From: Polyangiales bacterium
Lineage (GTDB): Bacteria; Myxococcota_A; Polyangia; Polyangiales; Polyangiaceae
NCBI GenBank assembly: GCA_038231275.1
Contig: JBBRLQ010000026.1
Location: forward strand, 32,001 to 96,000
Reading direction: 5' to 3'
DNA length: 64,000 nt
Shown here: positions 39,517-48,546 of the stretch, piece by piece
Layout of the letters: the number at the start of each line of letters is the position of its first letter
Position numbering within the stretch: position 1 is the stretch's first letter
Notes under the pieces: generated by a model
What the model saw: the letters and a program-made list of their open reading frames with translations, nothing else
The model's database searches: none
Told to the model about the DNA's origin: nothing
Made by a program: the position numbers and the translations under genes

Positions 39517-40902
39517 ATGATCACCCCCCGATTGAACAACCTGGCGCCTGGTCTGACCTCGAAGGTCAACCTTGCGGCGGATTGTGCGGCGCTGGCGGTG
39601 GCGGGGGGGCTCGCGTGCGTGGGGTCCTGGTCGGAGCCGGCGCTGGTCGCTTCGGCGACGATCGTGGGCTGGGTCCTCGCGGCCCGCGTCCTTCGCCAGT
39701 ACGACATCTGGCACAAGCAGGGCGTCGTCGGCGAGCTCGCCCTCACGACCGTGATGGTCCTCGGGACGGTCATCGAGCTGTTCCTCCTGCGCCTCGTCCT
39801 TCCGGCGCACGTGATGCCGAACCTCTCGCTCGGCAAGTACGTCGACGTCGCGCTCCCAGCTCTCGTTCTGCTTCGCCTCTTCATGGTCGCCGTCCGCTCG
39901 GTGCGTGAGCAGGCAAAGCACGACGTCCTCGTCGTCGGCGCCGGCGCGCTGGGGCGCGTCACGGCGGAGGATCTCCTCGCCGATCGCGCGCAGCCGAAGC
40001 AGATCGTGGGGTTCCTCCGCTTCCGTGACGACGCGACGGTCCCGCGCATTCCCGGCCCGCTGCTCGGAGACGTGAGCGAGCTCGACTCGGTGCTCAAGAC
40101 GCACCCGGTGAGCGAGGTCTACATCGCCGGCAACATGGTCAAGAACGCCGAGACGATGCAGGCCGTCATCCGCGTCTGCGAGAAGTTCGGCGTGCCGTTC
40201 GCGCTGCCTGCGGCGGGCTTCCGCTTCGGCCGCGCCCGCGCCGTCAACGCCAAGGCCATCCAGGATGGCTACATCCACTACCAGGCGTTCGAGGCGAAGC
40301 CGGTGCAGGTCGCCCTCAAGCGCGCCTTCGACGTCGCGCTCTCGGCGATCGCGCTCTGGCTCCTCTCGCCCGTTCTGATCGCCACCGCGATCGCCGTCAA
40401 GCTCTCGTCGAAGGGGCCCGTCCTCTTCAAGCAGCCGCGCGTCGGCATGCACGGTCGCCCGTTCAACATGCTGAAGTTCCGGTCGATGGTCGTGAACGCC
40501 GAGGCGCTCAAAGAGCAGCTGATGGCGCAGAACGAGCAGAGCGGCCCGGTCTTCAAGATGAAGTCGGATCCGCGCGTCACCGCCGTCGGCCGCTTCATCC
40601 GCAAGTACTCGATCGACGAGCTCCCGCAGCTGATCAACATCCTCCGCGGCGAGATGGCCATCGTCGGCCCGCGCCCGCCGGTCCCCAAGGAGGTCGCGCT
40701 GTACGAGCCGTGGCAGCGCCGCCGCCTCAGCGTCCGTCCGGGACTCACGTGCGTGTGGCAGGTCAGCGGCCGCAACGAGATCAGCTTCGAGCAGTGGATG
40801 TACTTGGACATGCAGTACATCGACAACTGGAGCCTCGGTCAGGACCTGGGCCTCATCCTGAAGACTGTGCCCGTCGTCCTGACCGGCCGCGGCGCTTCCT
40901 GA
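39517..40902 (+). CDS. Polyprenyl-phosphate hexose-1-phosphate transferase (WcaJ/EpsZ-like priming transferase)
   Basis: N-terminal TMs, VGAG domain, KRAFD, KFRSM, DPRVT.VG.FIRKYSIDELPQL, RPGLTCVWQV. Confidence 0.95.
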   Translation: MITPRLNNLAPGLTSKVNLAADCAALAVAGGLACVGSWSEPALVASATIVGWVLAARVLRQYDIWHKQGVVGELALTTVMVLGTVIELFLLRLVLPAHVMPNLSLGKYVDVALPALVLLRLFMVAVRSVREQAKHDVLVVGAGALGRVTAEDLLADRAQPKQIVGFLRFRDDATVPRIPGPLLGDVSELDSVLKTHPVSEVYIAGNMVKNAETMQAVIRVCEKFGVPFALPAAGFRFGRARAVNAKAIQDGYIHYQAFEAKPVQVALKRAFDVALSAIALWLLSPVLIATAIAVKLSSKGPVLFKQPRVGMHGRPFNMLKFRSMVVNAEALKEQLMAQNEQSGPVFKMKSDPRVTAVGRFIRKYSIDELPQLINILRGEMAIVGPRPPVPKEVALYEPWQRRRLSVRPGLTCVWQVSGRNEISFEQWMYLDMQYIDNWSLGQDLGLILKTVPVVLTGRGAS

Positions 40903-40989
40903 CGCGTCCTGCCGGCCCATACGCCCCTACAAGACGTCATCCGTTTGGGGCGATGACTTGGCCGCAGCGACGGTTACACTAGGCATCCG

Positions 40990-41418
40990 ATGGCGACCGC
41001 CCGCCGCTCGAGCACCAAGCTCAAGGCCGCTTCTGCAAAGAAGCGCATCCTCCTCGTGGAGGACGAGCCGACGTTGCGCCAAAGCGTGAAAAATCACCTG
41101 GTCCGCAGAGGGTTCGACGTCGACGCGACCAGCGACTCGGAGTCGGGGATCCGCGCGGTGAAGGGCCACCTGCCGGATCTCGTCTTCGTCGATCTGCAGC
41201 TGCCACGGGAGTCGGGGTACGAGGTCTGCGAGATCCTGCGCAATGAGCTGCGGCTCAAGGAGCTGCCGATCGTCCTCATGGGGGAGACCAACTCTCCCGA
41301 GGCGCGGGCGTTCGCTGAAGAGGCCGGCGCGGATCGCTACTTGAACAAGCCCTTCACCTTGCGCCAGCTCGACGCGCTCGTGGACGCGCTCCTCCGGGCC
41401 GAGGCGCGCAAGGCGTGA
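40990..41418 (+). CDS. Single-domain response regulator
   Basis: LVEDE, VDLQLP, KPF. Confidence 0.9.
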   Translation: MATARRSSTKLKAASAKKRILLVEDEPTLRQSVKNHLVRRGFDVDATSDSESGIRAVKGHLPDLVFVDLQLPRESGYEVCEILRNELRLKELPIVLMGETNSPEARAFAEEAGADRYLNKPFTLRQLDALVDALLRAEARKA

Positions 41419-41924
41419 TCGTCGCCCGCTTCCGGCTCCGCGCGTGCGCGTCGGTCGGCGAGGCGCCGCGCGTGCTCGGCCGGATCTGGGTGCACGGCGA
41501 CGGGGCGATCCGGATCGGCCATCGGGTCGTCCTCGACGCGCGCATCGCGCCGATCGAGTTGCACGCCACGAGCGCAGGCGCCGAGCTGGTCCTCGGGGAC
41601 GACGTCGTCATTGGCCCGGGGACGTCGATCGAGGCGGAGCAGTCGGTCCGTATCGGCGCCCGTGTGCGCATCGGCGCGTTCTGCCGCGTGATGGACAGCC
41701 ACTTCCACCCCCTCCGCGGCGATCGCGAGAGACGGCCACGCCCGATGCCGGTGATCGTGGAGGAGGACGTCGAGATGGGGGACCGGTCGATCCTCGTCGC
41801 CGGAAGCCACCTCGAGCATCACGTCGTCGTCGCGCCCGGCACCGTCGTGACCCGCCGCGTGCGTGCGGGGTGCACGGTGCGTGGGGCGCCGTTCCAGGTG
41901 GTCGCCGTGGGGGCGGCGCGGTGA
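41415..41924 (+). CDS. Hexapeptide-repeat (LbH) acyltransferase
   Basis: IRIGHRV, LGDDVVIG, IGARVRIG, MDSHFH; GTGA overlap. Confidence 0.85.
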   Translation: MIVARFRLRACASVGEAPRVLGRIWVHGDGAIRIGHRVVLDARIAPIELHATSAGAELVLGDDVVIGPGTSIEAEQSVRIGARVRIGAFCRVMDSHFHPLRGDRERRPRPMPVIVEEDVEMGDRSILVAGSHLEHHVVVAPGTVVTRRVRAGCTVRGAPFQVVAVGAAR

Positions 41925-42502
41925 CCGACGAGCCGCTCACCGATCGCGCGTTCGCCCGCCTCGCGGAGACGGTTCGGCGCCCACGGGTCGCGCGCGAGGT
42001 GCTCGACGGGACGATCGCGCTCGCCCGGGCGCGATTTCTCTTCCGCGGGTGCCACCTCGGGCGGCGCGTGCGTGCGTTCGGCCCGGTACGCGTCGTCGCG
42101 CACGGCCGCATCGCGCTCGACGATTTCGCGTTCTTCCTCCGCGGGATGATCCCCTCCGAGATCGTCTGCCACGAGGGGGCCGAGATCGTGGTCGGGGAGC
42201 GCTCCGGCTTCAACTACGGCGTATCGCTCGAGGCGCGCGCGCGCCTGACGCTCGGCAAGCGCTGCCTCGTCGCGGCGATGGTGCGCATCGGCGATACGCG
42301 CGGCGGCAAATCCGCGCCCATCACGATCGGGGATGACGTATGGATCGCCCACGGCGCCATCGTCGAACCCGGCGTCACGATCGGGGATCGCTCGGTCGTC
42401 GCAGCAGGGAGCGTGGTGGTGAGCGACGTGCCGGCCGATCGAATGGCCATCGGCAACCCCGCGCGCGCGGTGCCGCTCGAAGCGCGCAAGACCACCACCT
42501 GA
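41921..42502 (+). CDS. Hexapeptide-repeat (LbH) acyltransferase
   Basis: IGDDVWIA, GVTIGDRSVVAAGSVV, GNPA; GTGA overlap. Confidence 0.88.
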   Translation: MTDEPLTDRAFARLAETVRRPRVAREVLDGTIALARARFLFRGCHLGRRVRAFGPVRVVAHGRIALDDFAFFLRGMIPSEIVCHEGAEIVVGERSGFNYGVSLEARARLTLGKRCLVAAMVRIGDTRGGKSAPITIGDDVWIAHGAIVEPGVTIGDRSVVAAGSVVVSDVPADRMAIGNPARAVPLEARKTTT

Positions 42503-42513
42503 AGACGTGTCGC

Positions 42514-43269
42514 TCAGGAGCGGCGCGACGCGTAGGCGCGCCAGTACGGCGACGCCTTGAGCAACTCGAGGTGAGGCGACGCATCGAGCAGCTTCAGCGT
42601 CTCGCCGGGGGGCTTTCGGTAGAGCAGAATCACCTTGCGTGGATGCGCGGCGATCGACGCCTCCACGTGGCGGATCGCGCGCGCCGCGATTTCATCGGGG
42701 AACGGCGCGTTCATGAAGAAGAGCGCGGGGCGCGGCGCGATCGCGTGGCGCATGAAGTCGTCGCACACCCACTCCACGCGGAGGTCACGGCCCGTCGCGC
42801 GCTCGAAGATGGCGAGGTTCTTCTTTCCTGCCTCCACGAGGGGTGGCGAAAATTCGACCCCCACGAGCTCGCGGAATGGGTAGTCGCTCGCCAGCATCAG
42901 CGCGAGGCCCTTCCCTGCCCCGACGTCGACGAAGCCGTAGTCCTCGAAGCGAATCGGCAGCGCGCGCAGCATCTCGTGGAAGAAGTCGGGGTTGACCGGG
43001 CCGTACATCCACGTCCCGAACGTCGGATCGAAGCCGCCCGTGATCTCCAGGTCGGAGAGGTGCAAACGCTCGTAGGTGTCGGTGCCGTACTTGCGGTCGA
43101 AGGCGCGCGTCCGGTAATCCGTGTAGCGGCCCATCCACTCCTGGAGCCGGCCAACCGCGTGCCGGCCGACGCCGACCCGTCCGGAGACCTTGTGGAGCAC
43201 GCTGAGCGCACCCCCAAAGTGGGACGTCGAGTCCAAGAGCCCGCGCGCGCGGAGGAGTAGGGTCTTCAT
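42514..43269 (-). CDS. Class I SAM-dependent methyltransferase
   Basis: FDRKYGTDT, FVDVGAGKG, GVEFS, FFMNAPF. Confidence 0.85.
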   Translation of the reverse strand: MKTLLLRARGLLDSTSHFGGALSVLHKVSGRVGVGRHAVGRLQEWMGRYTDYRTRAFDRKYGTDTYERLHLSDLEITGGFDPTFGTWMYGPVNPDFFHEMLRALPIRFEDYGFVDVGAGKGLALMLASDYPFRELVGVEFSPPLVEAGKKNLAIFERATGRDLRVEWVCDDFMRHAIAPRPALFFMNAPFPDEIAARAIRHVEASIAAHPRKVILLYRKPPGETLKLLDASPHLELLKASPYWRAYASRRS

Positions 43270-43272
43270 CGG

Positions 43273-44196
43273 ATGGGAACGGAGTCTCTCACGAGGGCGC
43301 CGCGGCGCAACCGGCTCGGACGCGCCGCGCTCGTCGCGCTCGCGATCTTCGTGGTGGGGTGCGCGGCGCAGGCGGTTCGCGTGGCGCGGCGGACGATCGC
43401 CTCGTGCCACCCGGCGCGTGCCCGCCTCCGCGCCGAAGATCACGCCGCCGCGCGCGACGCGTTCCCGTCGTTGGAGGAGGTCTCGTTCCGCACGAAGGAC
43501 GGAATCACGCTGCGCGGTTGGCGGATCCCGTCGAAGAACCGCGCGGCCGTGATCCTCGTACACGGCGGTGGCGGCAACCGAGCGCACTGGATGCCGGAGC
43601 TCCGCGCCCTCGCGGACCGCGGCTACGGCGCCCTCGCCTATGACTCGCGCGCGTGCGGAGAGAGCGACGGTGATCTCGTCACCGCAGGCGATCGGGAGCG
43701 GGCCGACGTCGTCGCGGCGCTCGACCTCGTCACGACAAGTGCCGACGTGGATCCGGCGCGCGTCGGCCTCGTCGGTTTCTCGTACGGAGCGTCGGCCGTG
43801 CTCCTCGTCGCCGCGACCGACACACGCGCGCGCGCGGTCCTGGTGGGCGCATCGTGGACGTCACTCGAGGACGAGCTTACGAAGAAAAGCGGAAAATTCC
43901 AGCCGATCGCGAACGTCGCGAGCCTCTGGGCGATGCGCCACGAAGGCGTGCGCGTCGACGACGTCCGCCCGATCGATCACGTCGCCGAGATCTCGCCTAG
44001 ACCGCTCTTCCTCGTGACGGGCGACCTCGACACCGACACGCCCGTCGCTGTCGTGCGGGCGCTGCTCGACGCCGCTCGTATGCCCAAAGAGCTCTGGATC
44101 GTCCCCGGCGCGGGCCACGGAGACTACGCGGCGGTGTCGCCGGCGGAGGTTCCCCGCCGCTTCGTGGCGTTCTTCGACGGCGCGCTCCTGCGGTAG
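43273..44196 (+). CDS. Alpha/beta-hydrolase, probably membrane-anchored or a lipoprotein
   Basis: Hydrophobic N-terminus ending VVGC; HGGG, GFSYG, D (GDLDT), GAGH. Confidence 0.88.
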   Translation: MGTESLTRAPRRNRLGRAALVALAIFVVGCAAQAVRVARRTIASCHPARARLRAEDHAAARDAFPSLEEVSFRTKDGITLRGWRIPSKNRAAVILVHGGGGNRAHWMPELRALADRGYGALAYDSRACGESDGDLVTAGDRERADVVAALDLVTTSADVDPARVGLVGFSYGASAVLLVAATDTRARAVLVGASWTSLEDELTKKSGKFQPIANVASLWAMRHEGVRVDDVRPIDHVAEISPRPLFLVTGDLDTDTPVAVVRALLDAARMPKELWIVPGAGHGDYAAVSPAEVPRRFVAFFDGALLR

Positions 44197-44206
44197 GGCG
44201 CGGGGT

Positions 44207-45025
44207 ATGCTCGGCACGATGGGAATCGACGTGTCGGTGGTGGTCCCGACGTTCCGCCGTCCGGAGTTGCTCCGAGAGGCGCTTGCCACCGCGCTGGCGC
44301 AGGAGGGCGTGTCGCTCGAGATCATCGTGGTGGACGACAGCCCCGAGGGCTCCGCCGAAGCGGCGGTCGAGCAGCTCGGCGACGCGCGGGTGCGGTACGT
44401 GAAGATGGAGACGCCGAGCGGCGGATGGCCGGGCCGCGTACGCAACGTCGGATGGCCGCTGACCACCGGGCGCCTCGTTCATTTCCTCGACGACGACGAT
44501 CGCCTGGAGCCGGGGCATTACGCGGCGATGAAGCGCGCCTTCGACGAGCACCCCACACTTGGCGTCGTCTTCAGCCGTCTCGAGCCGTTCGGCGACGAGG
44601 GCGTGATGGGCCACGAGCGCGGTTACTTCCGGCGCGCCGCCGAGACCGCCGCAAAGAGCGCGCGGTTCGGGTCGAGGCTCGGCTACCTCGCGCGCATCCT
44701 CTTCGAGCCCACCATGATCGTCTGCGGCGTGAGCACGGTGCGGCGCGATTGCCTCGCGCGCGCGAACGGCTTCGATCCGCGCATCCGCGTCGGGGAGGAC
44801 ATCGACCTCATGCTCCGCATCATCCGAGAGAGCGGCGCCATGTACGTCGATCGCATCGCGATCCACTACCGCGTCGACGGCACGTCGATGGCCCACTCCG
44901 AGCAAGCGAAGACAGACATCCGCGAGACGTATCGCCTCATGCACCGGCGGTACCGGGACACCCACGGCCGCCTCGAATTCTTCACGCTCAAAGTGCTAGC
45001 CAAGAGCCTCTTCAAGGTGATCTGA
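44207..45025 (+). CDS. Glycosyltransferase family 2
   Basis: VVVPTFRR, VVDDS, FLDDDD, GEDID. Confidence 0.92.
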   Translation: MLGTMGIDVSVVVPTFRRPELLREALATALAQEGVSLEIIVVDDSPEGSAEAAVEQLGDARVRYVKMETPSGGWPGRVRNVGWPLTTGRLVHFLDDDDRLEPGHYAAMKRAFDEHPTLGVVFSRLEPFGDEGVMGHERGYFRRAAETAAKSARFGSRLGYLARILFEPTMIVCGVSTVRRDCLARANGFDPRIRVGEDIDLMLRIIRESGAMYVDRIAIHYRVDGTSMAHSEQAKTDIRETYRLMHRRYRDTHGRLEFFTLKVLAKSLFKVI

Positions 45026-45051
45026 TAGTGGAGCGAAGCGCAGCGGAGGGT

Positions 45052-46122
45052 ATGCTGTCCCGCGTCATGAGAGCAGCCCAGGCCGCCACACAGACGTGGT
45101 CGCTGGTGATCGCAACCTACAAGCGCGAGGACGTCCTTCGTCGATGCTTGAAGCTGGCGGCCGAGCAGACGCGGCCGCCGATCGAGATCGTCGTCGTCGA
45201 CTCGAGCCCCGGATGGGAGGCGTCGCGCGACTGGGTGATGGCCAACCTCGCGCCGAAGTACCCGGCCATCGCCTGGCGCTATGCGGAGGCCGAGGTGCGA
45301 TCGTCGGGCGCGCAGAGAAACCAGGGCGCGCGCCTCGCCGTCGGCGACGTCCTCTTCCTGATCGACGACGACTCGCTCATGTACGCCGACTGCGCGGAGC
45401 GGATCATGGAGGTGTACGACGCCGATCCCGAGCGCGCGATCGTCGGCGTCAACGCGATCCACGTCCCCACGCCTCCCGACGATCCGTCGGAAGTACCCGA
45501 TCCAGAGTATGGCACCACCAAACACTACGGCCCCGTCGCGCGCGCGGTTCGACGGCTGCTCGACGCCGACAACGTCTTCGTCCCGTACGACGACGACTGG
45601 CCGCGTACCCCCATCCCGGCGGCGGTCCTTCGCCTCCGCGTGAGCCGCTGGCCGAACGCCGCCGGTTGGGGGATGACGTTCCGCCGCGCGGTCTTCTTGA
45701 AGGAGCCGTTCGACGAGATCCTCGCGGCGTACTCCGCGACCGAAGACTCGGACATGAGCTACCGCGCGAGCCGTCACGGCGCGTTCGTCGGGTGCGACGA
45801 CGCGCGCCTCTGCCACATCGGCTCGCGCGGCGGTCGGCTCGGCGTCCTGACGGTCTCGAGCTTGAAGGGGCTCAACTCGCTCGTCCTGCATCGCATCAAC
45901 ACCACCGACGTCGAGCGCGGCCGGCGCTTGTGCCGAAGGCTCCTCGTGCGCCGCGCGATGATCGCGCTCGCCAAGGACATCAACAAGCGACGCATCGACG
46001 CGCCCGAAGCGCGCGGGTGGCTGCACGCGGTGAAGATGGTCGACGCCATCTTCGACAAGACGCCGGAGGAGCTGCGGCGCTGGTATCCCGGCTACCAGAG
46101 AGAGCTCCTCGGCGGCTCGTGA
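45052..46122 (+). CDS. Glycosyltransferase family 2
   Basis: LVIATYKR, VVDSS, FLIDDD, TEDSD. Start could be GTG 45028. Confidence 0.9.
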   Translation: MLSRVMRAAQAATQTWSLVIATYKREDVLRRCLKLAAEQTRPPIEIVVVDSSPGWEASRDWVMANLAPKYPAIAWRYAEAEVRSSGAQRNQGARLAVGDVLFLIDDDSLMYADCAERIMEVYDADPERAIVGVNAIHVPTPPDDPSEVPDPEYGTTKHYGPVARAVRRLLDADNVFVPYDDDWPRTPIPAAVLRLRVSRWPNAAGWGMTFRRAVFLKEPFDEILAAYSATEDSDMSYRASRHGAFVGCDDARLCHIGSRGGRLGVLTVSSLKGLNSLVLHRINTTDVERGRRLCRRLLVRRAMIALAKDINKRRIDAPEARGWLHAVKMVDAIFDKTPEELRRWYPGYQRELLGGS

Positions 46123-46131
46123 GGCGGCGCC

Positions 46132-47664
46132 ATGCCTGGTGAGGAGCCGCCCTTGACGGCGCCGAAGGACGTGGCGTCGAGCGGCCATGGTGCGGCCATT
46201 CGCACGTCCGTGGCGAACGCGTCGAAGCTCTCGCTCGCGATGGCCATCACGATCCCGCTCGGGTTCGTGGGGCGGATCTTGATCCCGCGCTTCCTCGGGA
46301 GCGAGCAGGCCGGAATGCTCTTCTTCGCCGAGGGCTTCCCGGTGCTCCTCCTCACCTTCATGCCGCTCGGGATCCCGGCGTACATCTCCAAGACGGTGCC
46401 GCCGCGCCACGAGCACGCCGCGGAGATCCTCTCGCCGATCCTGCGCATCGAGCTGCTCCTCGGCGCCGCGCTGACGGTGGCGCTCATGGCCTTCATGTGG
46501 CTGGCGCACTACCCGACGCCGATCCTGCTCCTCACCGGCGTGATGGCCGCCTACCAGACGCTGTGGATGCTCACGACGGAGATCTTCCAGCCGCTCTTTT
46601 TGGCGATCGGGCAGATCAACTTCACGACGCTGCTGAACGTCGGCGCGAAATTCGTGGTGACGGCGTGCATCCTCGCGTGCCTGCTCGCGGGCGGCGGGCC
46701 GATGGCGCTGGCGTGGGTCTTTTTGATCACCCAGTGCGGGATCGTCCTGGCCCTGCTGGGCAAGGCGGGGCGCCTCGGGCTGCGATCGCAGGGAGGCGGC
46801 GCGGCGGCGATGTGGCCGATGCTGTGGGCGAGCTTGCCGTTCTTCGCGGGGAGCGTGCTCGCGCGGACGACCGGGAGCATCGACATCGCGATCTTGTCGC
46901 GGATGGGCGGCTACCAGGAGGTCGGCTTCTACGGCGCGGTGCAGCGCCTCCACGGTCTCTTCATGCTGCTCGTACCCATCGTGCAAAATTCGATGATCCC
47001 GGTGCTCTCGCGGGCGTTCGCGCACGACAAGGCGCAGTATCGCCTCCTCGCCGGCTCCGGCGCGCGCGCGCTCGCCATCCTGGCGTTTCCACTCAGCGTG
47101 GGGATGACCGCCTTCGCGACGGAGATCATCGCGGTCGTCTACGGCCCGAGCTTCGCGCCGGCTGCGCACGTCCTCCGCGTCAACGGGCCGCTCCTTCTCC
47201 TGTCGTACGTGACCACCTTCATCGCGATGAACGTCGTCATCACTACCAACGGACGCGGCATGGCGGGGGCGCTCCTCGTGAGCTTCGTCCTGAACGCGCT
47301 CTTCGACGTTCTCTTCATCCCGCTGGGGCGGGCCCACTTCGGGATCGGCGGCGGCGCGGCGGGCGCCCTCGCGTCGACGCTCGTGGTCGAGCTCGTGACG
47401 GCCTTGACGCTCCTCTGGCTCGCGAAGGACAGCGAGCTCCGCGGCCGGACGCTTTTCACGCTCGTCACCGCCGCGGCCCCTTCGGTCGCCTTGGTCGCCC
47501 TCGGCGATCATTGGTCCACCCTCCCGCTGACGATCCGCATCGCGGCGTTCCTGGTCGGCGTACCCGCCTATTTCTTCGCGAGCCGGATGGCGAAGGTCTC
47601 GGAGATCGTCGCGTTCGTCGACATCCTCCGCAAACGGAAGACGGCGCCCGCGACCGAGCCGTGA
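46132..47664 (+). CDS. wzx: Wzx-type polysaccharide flippase
   Basis: About 12-14 TM; IDIAIL...VGFYGAVQRL...IP.LSR pattern; EPS context. Confidence 0.88.
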   Translation: MPGEEPPLTAPKDVASSGHGAAIRTSVANASKLSLAMAITIPLGFVGRILIPRFLGSEQAGMLFFAEGFPVLLLTFMPLGIPAYISKTVPPRHEHAAEILSPILRIELLLGAALTVALMAFMWLAHYPTPILLLTGVMAAYQTLWMLTTEIFQPLFLAIGQINFTTLLNVGAKFVVTACILACLLAGGGPMALAWVFLITQCGIVLALLGKAGRLGLRSQGGGAAAMWPMLWASLPFFAGSVLARTTGSIDIAILSRMGGYQEVGFYGAVQRLHGLFMLLVPIVQNSMIPVLSRAFAHDKAQYRLLAGSGARALAILAFPLSVGMTAFATEIIAVVYGPSFAPAAHVLRVNGPLLLLSYVTTFIAMNVVITTNGRGMAGALLVSFVLNALFDVLFIPLGRAHFGIGGGAAGALASTLVVELVTALTLLWLAKDSELRGRTLFTLVTAAAPSVALVALGDHWSTLPLTIRIAAFLVGVPAYFFASRMAKVSEIVAFVDILRKRKTAPATEP

Positions 47665-47670
47665 CGTTCG

Positions 47671-48528
47671 CTACAAGCCGAACGCCGCGCGGATCTCGGA
47701 CATCGGAGTCGGTGAGCGCGCGCTCACCATCGCGAGGACGCGATCCTCGGGCACCGTGCGGCTGAACTCGCCGAGCTCCGCCGCCGTCATCGGACGCGCG
47801 TCCCAAAACTCGTGGCACAGGTGGCGATCGAAGCCGTAGTGCCCCGCGGCGTCGATGCCGAGGACCTCGTCGACGAAGATCCCGTAGAGCATGTACTCCG
47901 AGAACGTGACGTGTCGCGCGATGCCGCGCAGCCACGCCGCGCCGCTACGCCCGTTCGACAGGTGCGCCTCGAGCTTCCCGAGCACGTCGCGCCGCCAGAA
48001 CGGCCCCGGCCCGACGTAGCCGACGCGCCACGGCCGCGTGGATCTCGGAAGGCGCAAGGCGCGATGACTGATCGCCGCCCACTTCTGGTGATCGGCGCTC
48101 GTCTCGTACCAGTCCTTCTCTTCGCGCAGCATCGGGACCTTGCCGTCCACGACGAACGAGCGCGGGTCGCATGGGCGGACGAAGAAGATGTCCGAGTCGA
48201 TGAACATGTACGCGTCGGCGTCGACGGCGCGCGCGATGGAGAGCTTGACCATCTGCTGCCAAATCCAGCCCCGGATGGGCGGCGTCATCCAGCCGATCCG
48301 CGAATTTTTTGGCCACGGCAGACGAACGAAGCGTCCTTCGACGATGTCCTCCTGGACGATCACCCGCGTCCGGCGGTTGGCGCGCGCTTGGAAGAGCGCG
48401 TGGTCGCTGCGGCTCACGATGATGACGTGCTCCACGTCCTCCGGGACGTGCCGCGCGATCGAGTCGTTCAAGAGAAGGCAGCGCTCGTAGTCGAGGTGGA
48501 ACGACGGCGTGACGATCGCAAAGCGCAT
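47671..48528 (-). CDS. DUF6492-like protein (probable GT-A fold)
   Basis: IVTPSF..D, GWIWQQMVKL, IDSD, FSEYMLYG. Confidence 0.75.
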   Translation of the reverse strand: MRFAIVTPSFHLDYERCLLLNDSIARHVPEDVEHVIIVSRSDHALFQARANRRTRVIVQEDIVEGRFVRLPWPKNSRIGWMTPPIRGWIWQQMVKLSIARAVDADAYMFIDSDIFFVRPCDPRSFVVDGKVPMLREEKDWYETSADHQKWAAISHRALRLPRSTRPWRVGYVGPGPFWRRDVLGKLEAHLSNGRSGAAWLRGIARHVTFSEYMLYGIFVDEVLGIDAAGHYGFDRHLCHEFWDARPMTAAELGEFSRTVPEDRVLAMVSARSPTPMSEIRAAFGL

Positions 48529-48546
48529 CTTCTCCGCCCTCGGCCT

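Noticed and set aside
44866..47511. 881-aa minus-strand ORF and similar long shadow ORFs (e.g. 56711-59173, 60930-62858)
   Set aside because: They lie opposite well-supported genes and show no recognisable domains.
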